From contig JBDRLZ010000034.1 of the NCBI GenBank assembly GCA_043812555.1, positions 1 to 16,293 of the forward strand: a DNA stretch of 16,293 nt, in the 5' to 3' direction. Each line of letters begins with the position of its first letter. Position 1 is the first letter of the stretch. Positions 14,054 through 16,293 of this stretch are shown here, in pieces. The notes under the pieces were generated by a model. The model was given only the letters and a program-made list of their open reading frames with translations. It was not told the origin of the DNA and made no database searches. The translations under genes and the position numbers were made by a program. The stretch comes from a bacterium. Lineage in GTDB: Bacteria > Patescibacteriota > Minisyncoccia > JBDRLZ01.

Positions 14054-16039
14054 ATGCGACATTTGATCAATGATAATGGAATTCCTTTTGATTCCACCGA
14101 GCTTCAAACTTTGCGAGGTGAGTTGGACATTTTGACTGACGATGAGCGTACTGAATATAGAAACCAAAACGCTTCGGCTATTGCTCAACATGGAGCAGTA
14201 AAGTTTTTAATTGTTTCAGGTCCAGGAACTGGCAAGAGTACTTTGTTTAAGAACAGGATTAGTTATTGGCTGGGGAAAAATTCTGCATCAAGAATCCTAT
14301 GCCTTACTTTCGTACGGAAACTCGTTGCAGATTTGGATAACGATATACAAAGTGATAAGAATTTAACACCAGCACAAAAAAAACAAGTTGAAGTCCACAC
14401 ATTACATCAATTTGCCCGCAGTATCGTTGAGCAAAATCACGGCACCAAAAAGTGGAGTTTTCAGTCGCATTTCCGAATTATAGGGCAGTCTTGGAAAGAT
14501 ATTGTGTGGAGCGATGTTTTGGCTTTCGATACCGCATTAGATAGGAATATTTATTCTTGGAAAAATTTTGAGGAGCAGTTGCACAATGCCGATTTTGATG
14601 AATCCGTGGAGTGGCAGGGTTTGAAAGAAACATATTTTAAGTTATGCCAATTTTTCAATGCGGCTGGTTTTGCTGATTTAATCTTACGCGCCAAAGATGC
14701 GTTAGCAGAAAATGCCGATCTCAATGAAAGTGATTATTTTATCATTGATGAATATCAAGATTTCAACTCTGCGGAAGACGCACTGATAAATCAATTAGTA
14801 AACGAGCCAAAGGGCTTGCTTATTGCTGGTGACGACGAACAAGTGCTTTATGAAAAATCAAGGTCAGGAAAACCAACTTTGATTCGCAATCTTTACAAAA
14901 ACTGTGATTACGCCAATGGAATGTTGCCTTTTTGCAGCAGAAGTAAGGATAACTTTCATATTACGAAATCAGCCGATTTTTTTATCAATCAGAACAGAGA
15001 TAAAGATTGCATTGAAAAAATTTATTTGCCAATTAAAACAGCTACCAATTACCCCAAAATTCAAATTATTGCTTGCCCCAGCCCTAATTCCGCAATTGAT
15101 TATATTGAAAAGTTTGTGGCTGATAACAAAACGGCAATTGATGAACGAAAAGCCAAATTGGTGGAAGGAGAAGAAAAGGACGCTTTCTTACTAATCTTAA
15201 CGCCACGGAAAATAGAAAAATTTTATGTAAACAATAGATTTGACGGAAAAAAGAAACTCGATGAGCTTATATCTGAATATAGAGCAGAAAATCGCTATTT
15301 TTCAGAGGATTATTACAAAATCTTGAGTTATTACTCTCTCGCCAATAATCCTCAAAACAATTTCACCTTTCGTAAGGTTTTGTACTACGAAAATATTACG
15401 GAAGTGAGAGTGCATGAATTGATCGATAGTGCACTACAAAATAATCAAAATTTTTCCGATCTTGAAGCCGAGGAAACTAGAAATGCGATACAAAAATGCA
15501 ATGAAATTAAGGCGATTTTGGAAGCAGGTGGTCAAACGATAGAGCAAAAAATAGAAGGCATTGCTCGTCATATTGCCATAGCCGACCGAAATCGGCTCAA
15601 AGAAGATATTGAAAGAAAATCCATCAATCAGGAAGAAGTGACAGCAATTGAACATCAAGAAGAGGAAGAGGCGGAATTGGAAGAAATTGAAGTAAAAAAA
15701 ATGGGTGCCATTGAGCTAATGACAATAATTGGCTCAAAGGGATTATCGGCTGATCATGTGATAATAGTTGGTTTTGATAATGTGAACATGGGTAATTGGA
15801 TTACCAGCAACGCTTTTTATGTTGCTATGACTCGCGCCAGAAAAAGTTTGCATGTCCTTACGGCGTTAAAATCGGGTGGCGCGAGGCAAGCGCATAATTT
15901 TTTGGAGCAATTGCCAGATGAACACGCTGAATATCACAGCTATAAAAAAAGTAACCACACAAAAAATCAATTACAAGGCAAACAAGGATTTAAGAATTAT
16001 TTGAATAATCTAAACTTGGCTTCGCAGCACAAACGATAA
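14054..16039 (+). CDS. UvrD/PcrA-like superfamily 1 helicase-family ATPase of unknown role, operonic with the type I R-M genes
   Basis: SF1 motifs I VSGPGTGKST, Ia CLTFVRKLV, II FIIDEYQDF, III IAGDDEQVLY, V TIIGSKGLSADHVII and VI FYVAMTRARKSLHV. A ~300-aa insert between III and V contains an acidic coiled-coil segment (EEEEAELEEIE). No nuclease motif recognised. Starts 5 nt after the hsdM-S stop. Confidence 0.8.
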   Translation: MRHLINDNGIPFDSTELQTLRGELDILTDDERTEYRNQNASAIAQHGAVKFLIVSGPGTGKSTLFKNRISYWLGKNSASRILCLTFVRKLVADLDNDIQSDKNLTPAQKKQVEVHTLHQFARSIVEQNHGTKKWSFQSHFRIIGQSWKDIVWSDVLAFDTALDRNIYSWKNFEEQLHNADFDESVEWQGLKETYFKLCQFFNAAGFADLILRAKDALAENADLNESDYFIIDEYQDFNSAEDALINQLVNEPKGLLIAGDDEQVLYEKSRSGKPTLIRNLYKNCDYANGMLPFCSRSKDNFHITKSADFFINQNRDKDCIEKIYLPIKTATNYPKIQIIACPSPNSAIDYIEKFVADNKTAIDERKAKLVEGEEKDAFLLILTPRKIEKFYVNNRFDGKKKLDELISEYRAENRYFSEDYYKILSYYSLANNPQNNFTFRKVLYYENITEVRVHELIDSALQNNQNFSDLEAEETRNAIQKCNEIKAILEAGGQTIEQKIEGIARHIAIADRNRLKEDIERKSINQEEVTAIEHQEEEEAELEEIEVKKMGAIELMTIIGSKGLSADHVIIVGFDNVNMGNWITSNAFYVAMTRARKSLHVLTALKSGGARQAHNFLEQLPDEHAEYHSYKKSNHTKNQLQGKQGFKNYLNNLNLASQHKR

Positions 16040-16070
16040 ATTATTGAGGAAATTGATTTTTTGTGAGATA

Positions 16071-16154
16071 ATCAAAATACTAATCCCACCCACCACCCAA
16101 TTTGAGGTCCCGCCGCTGCCTGAAAGAATCACCGAAGTTTTAAGCGAAATTTAG
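16071..16154 (+). pseudogene. relic 3' end of an hsdS-type gene
   Basis: 16122-16154 matches 14016-14048 (the last 11 codons of hsdM-S including the stop) at about 28/33 nt. It translates to ...FEVPPLPERITEVLSEI*, against ...KISEVLSEI* in hsdM-S. PPLPE resembles the conserved IPLPP(L/I)E(E/V)Q motif. Upstream AAAATACTAATCCCACC weakly echoes AAAATCCCGCT at about 13911. Confidence 0.6.
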
Positions 16155-16168
16155 GTGTGTCTAACTTC

Positions 16169-16209
16169 TTTACATCGTCCTTGACAAACTATTTTACATC
16201 ATCTAAAAT
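16169..16209 (+). promoter_or_regulatory. sigma70-like promoter flanked by direct repeats; predicts a leaderless XRE mRNA
   Basis: TTGACA (16181-16186), a 17-nt spacer, TAAAAT (16204-16209), then 6 nt to the ATG at 16216. Direct repeats TTTACATCGTC (16169-16179) and TTTACATCATC (16193-16203) flank the -35. Confidence 0.6.
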
Positions 16210-16215
16210 ATAACC

Positions 16216-16293
16216 ATGCTTTCAAAATTTATTTTAGAACAGCGAAAAAAGAATAATCTGACGCAGGAGTTTTTAGCGTCTAAAATCGGCGTT
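16216..16293 (+). CDS. XRE-family helix-turn-helix transcriptional regulator (3'-partial, runs off the window)
   Basis: MLSKFILEQRKKNNLTQEFLASKIGV matches the start of the Cro/C1-type HTH (R...LTQEELA.K.GV). Confidence 0.7.
   Translation, partial: MLSKFILEQRKKNNLTQEFLASKIGV

Noticed and set aside
14904-15658. Internal + frame ORF 14904-15194 and minus ORF 15434-15658 within the helicase gene
   Set aside because: They are embedded in a 661-codon ORF with ordered SF1 motifs on both sides, and have no independent signals.
16085-16121. GC-rich stretch as a duplicated tRNA-Pro 3' end (attR) closing an integrated island
   Set aside because: Hand alignment to the tRNA-Pro T-arm and acceptor (TTCCCAGCGCTCCGA) gives only about 9/15 matches. 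The stretch is better explained as part of the hsdS relic (encoding VPPLPE). No integrase is present.
1-16293. CRISPR arrays, rRNA genes, IS elements, transposases or integrases, and prophage structural genes
   Set aside because: No regularly spaced short repeats, no rRNA-like conserved stretches, and no ORF with transposase, recombinase or phage structural motifs were found on either strand.

Overview
AT-rich, tightly packed window in which every supportable gene is on the + strand. The gene content suggests a small-genome, CPR/Patescibacteria-like bacterium: Pth2-type peptidyl-tRNA hydrolase, split ComEC, a stand-alone GIY-YIG mini-nuclease and a DUF5654-like mini membrane protein. This taxonomic call is inference only. 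Left to right: a membrane protein, a radical-SAM-like C-terminal fragment, ftsX without ftsE, a GIY-YIG gene wedged against tRNA-Gln(CUG), a SIMPL/DUF541 protein and Pth2. Then come the ComEC channel domain, a roughly 560-bp patchwork region, the ComEC MBL domain as a separate gene, a small secreted protein and a long adenylate-kinase-like protein. The last ~8 kb looks like a defence island: Phd/YefM-RelE/ParE pair, tRNA-Pro(GGG), hsdR, a single-ORF HsdM-HsdS fusion, an operonic UvrD-like SF1 helicase, a relic hsdS 3' end and a partial XRE regulator. Two things seem most worth following up. First, the three-gene hsdR / hsdM-S fusion / SF1-helicase operon. Second, a recurring architecture in which an inserted gene is bracketed by an imperfect direct duplication of the neighbouring gene's terminus: the tRNA-Gln 5' half around GIY-YIG, the MBL gene 5' end around the DUF5654-like gene, and the hsdS 3' end around the helicase. 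No CRISPR array, rRNA, transposase or integrase was seen. All family assignments come from motif recognition by eye; no searches were run.
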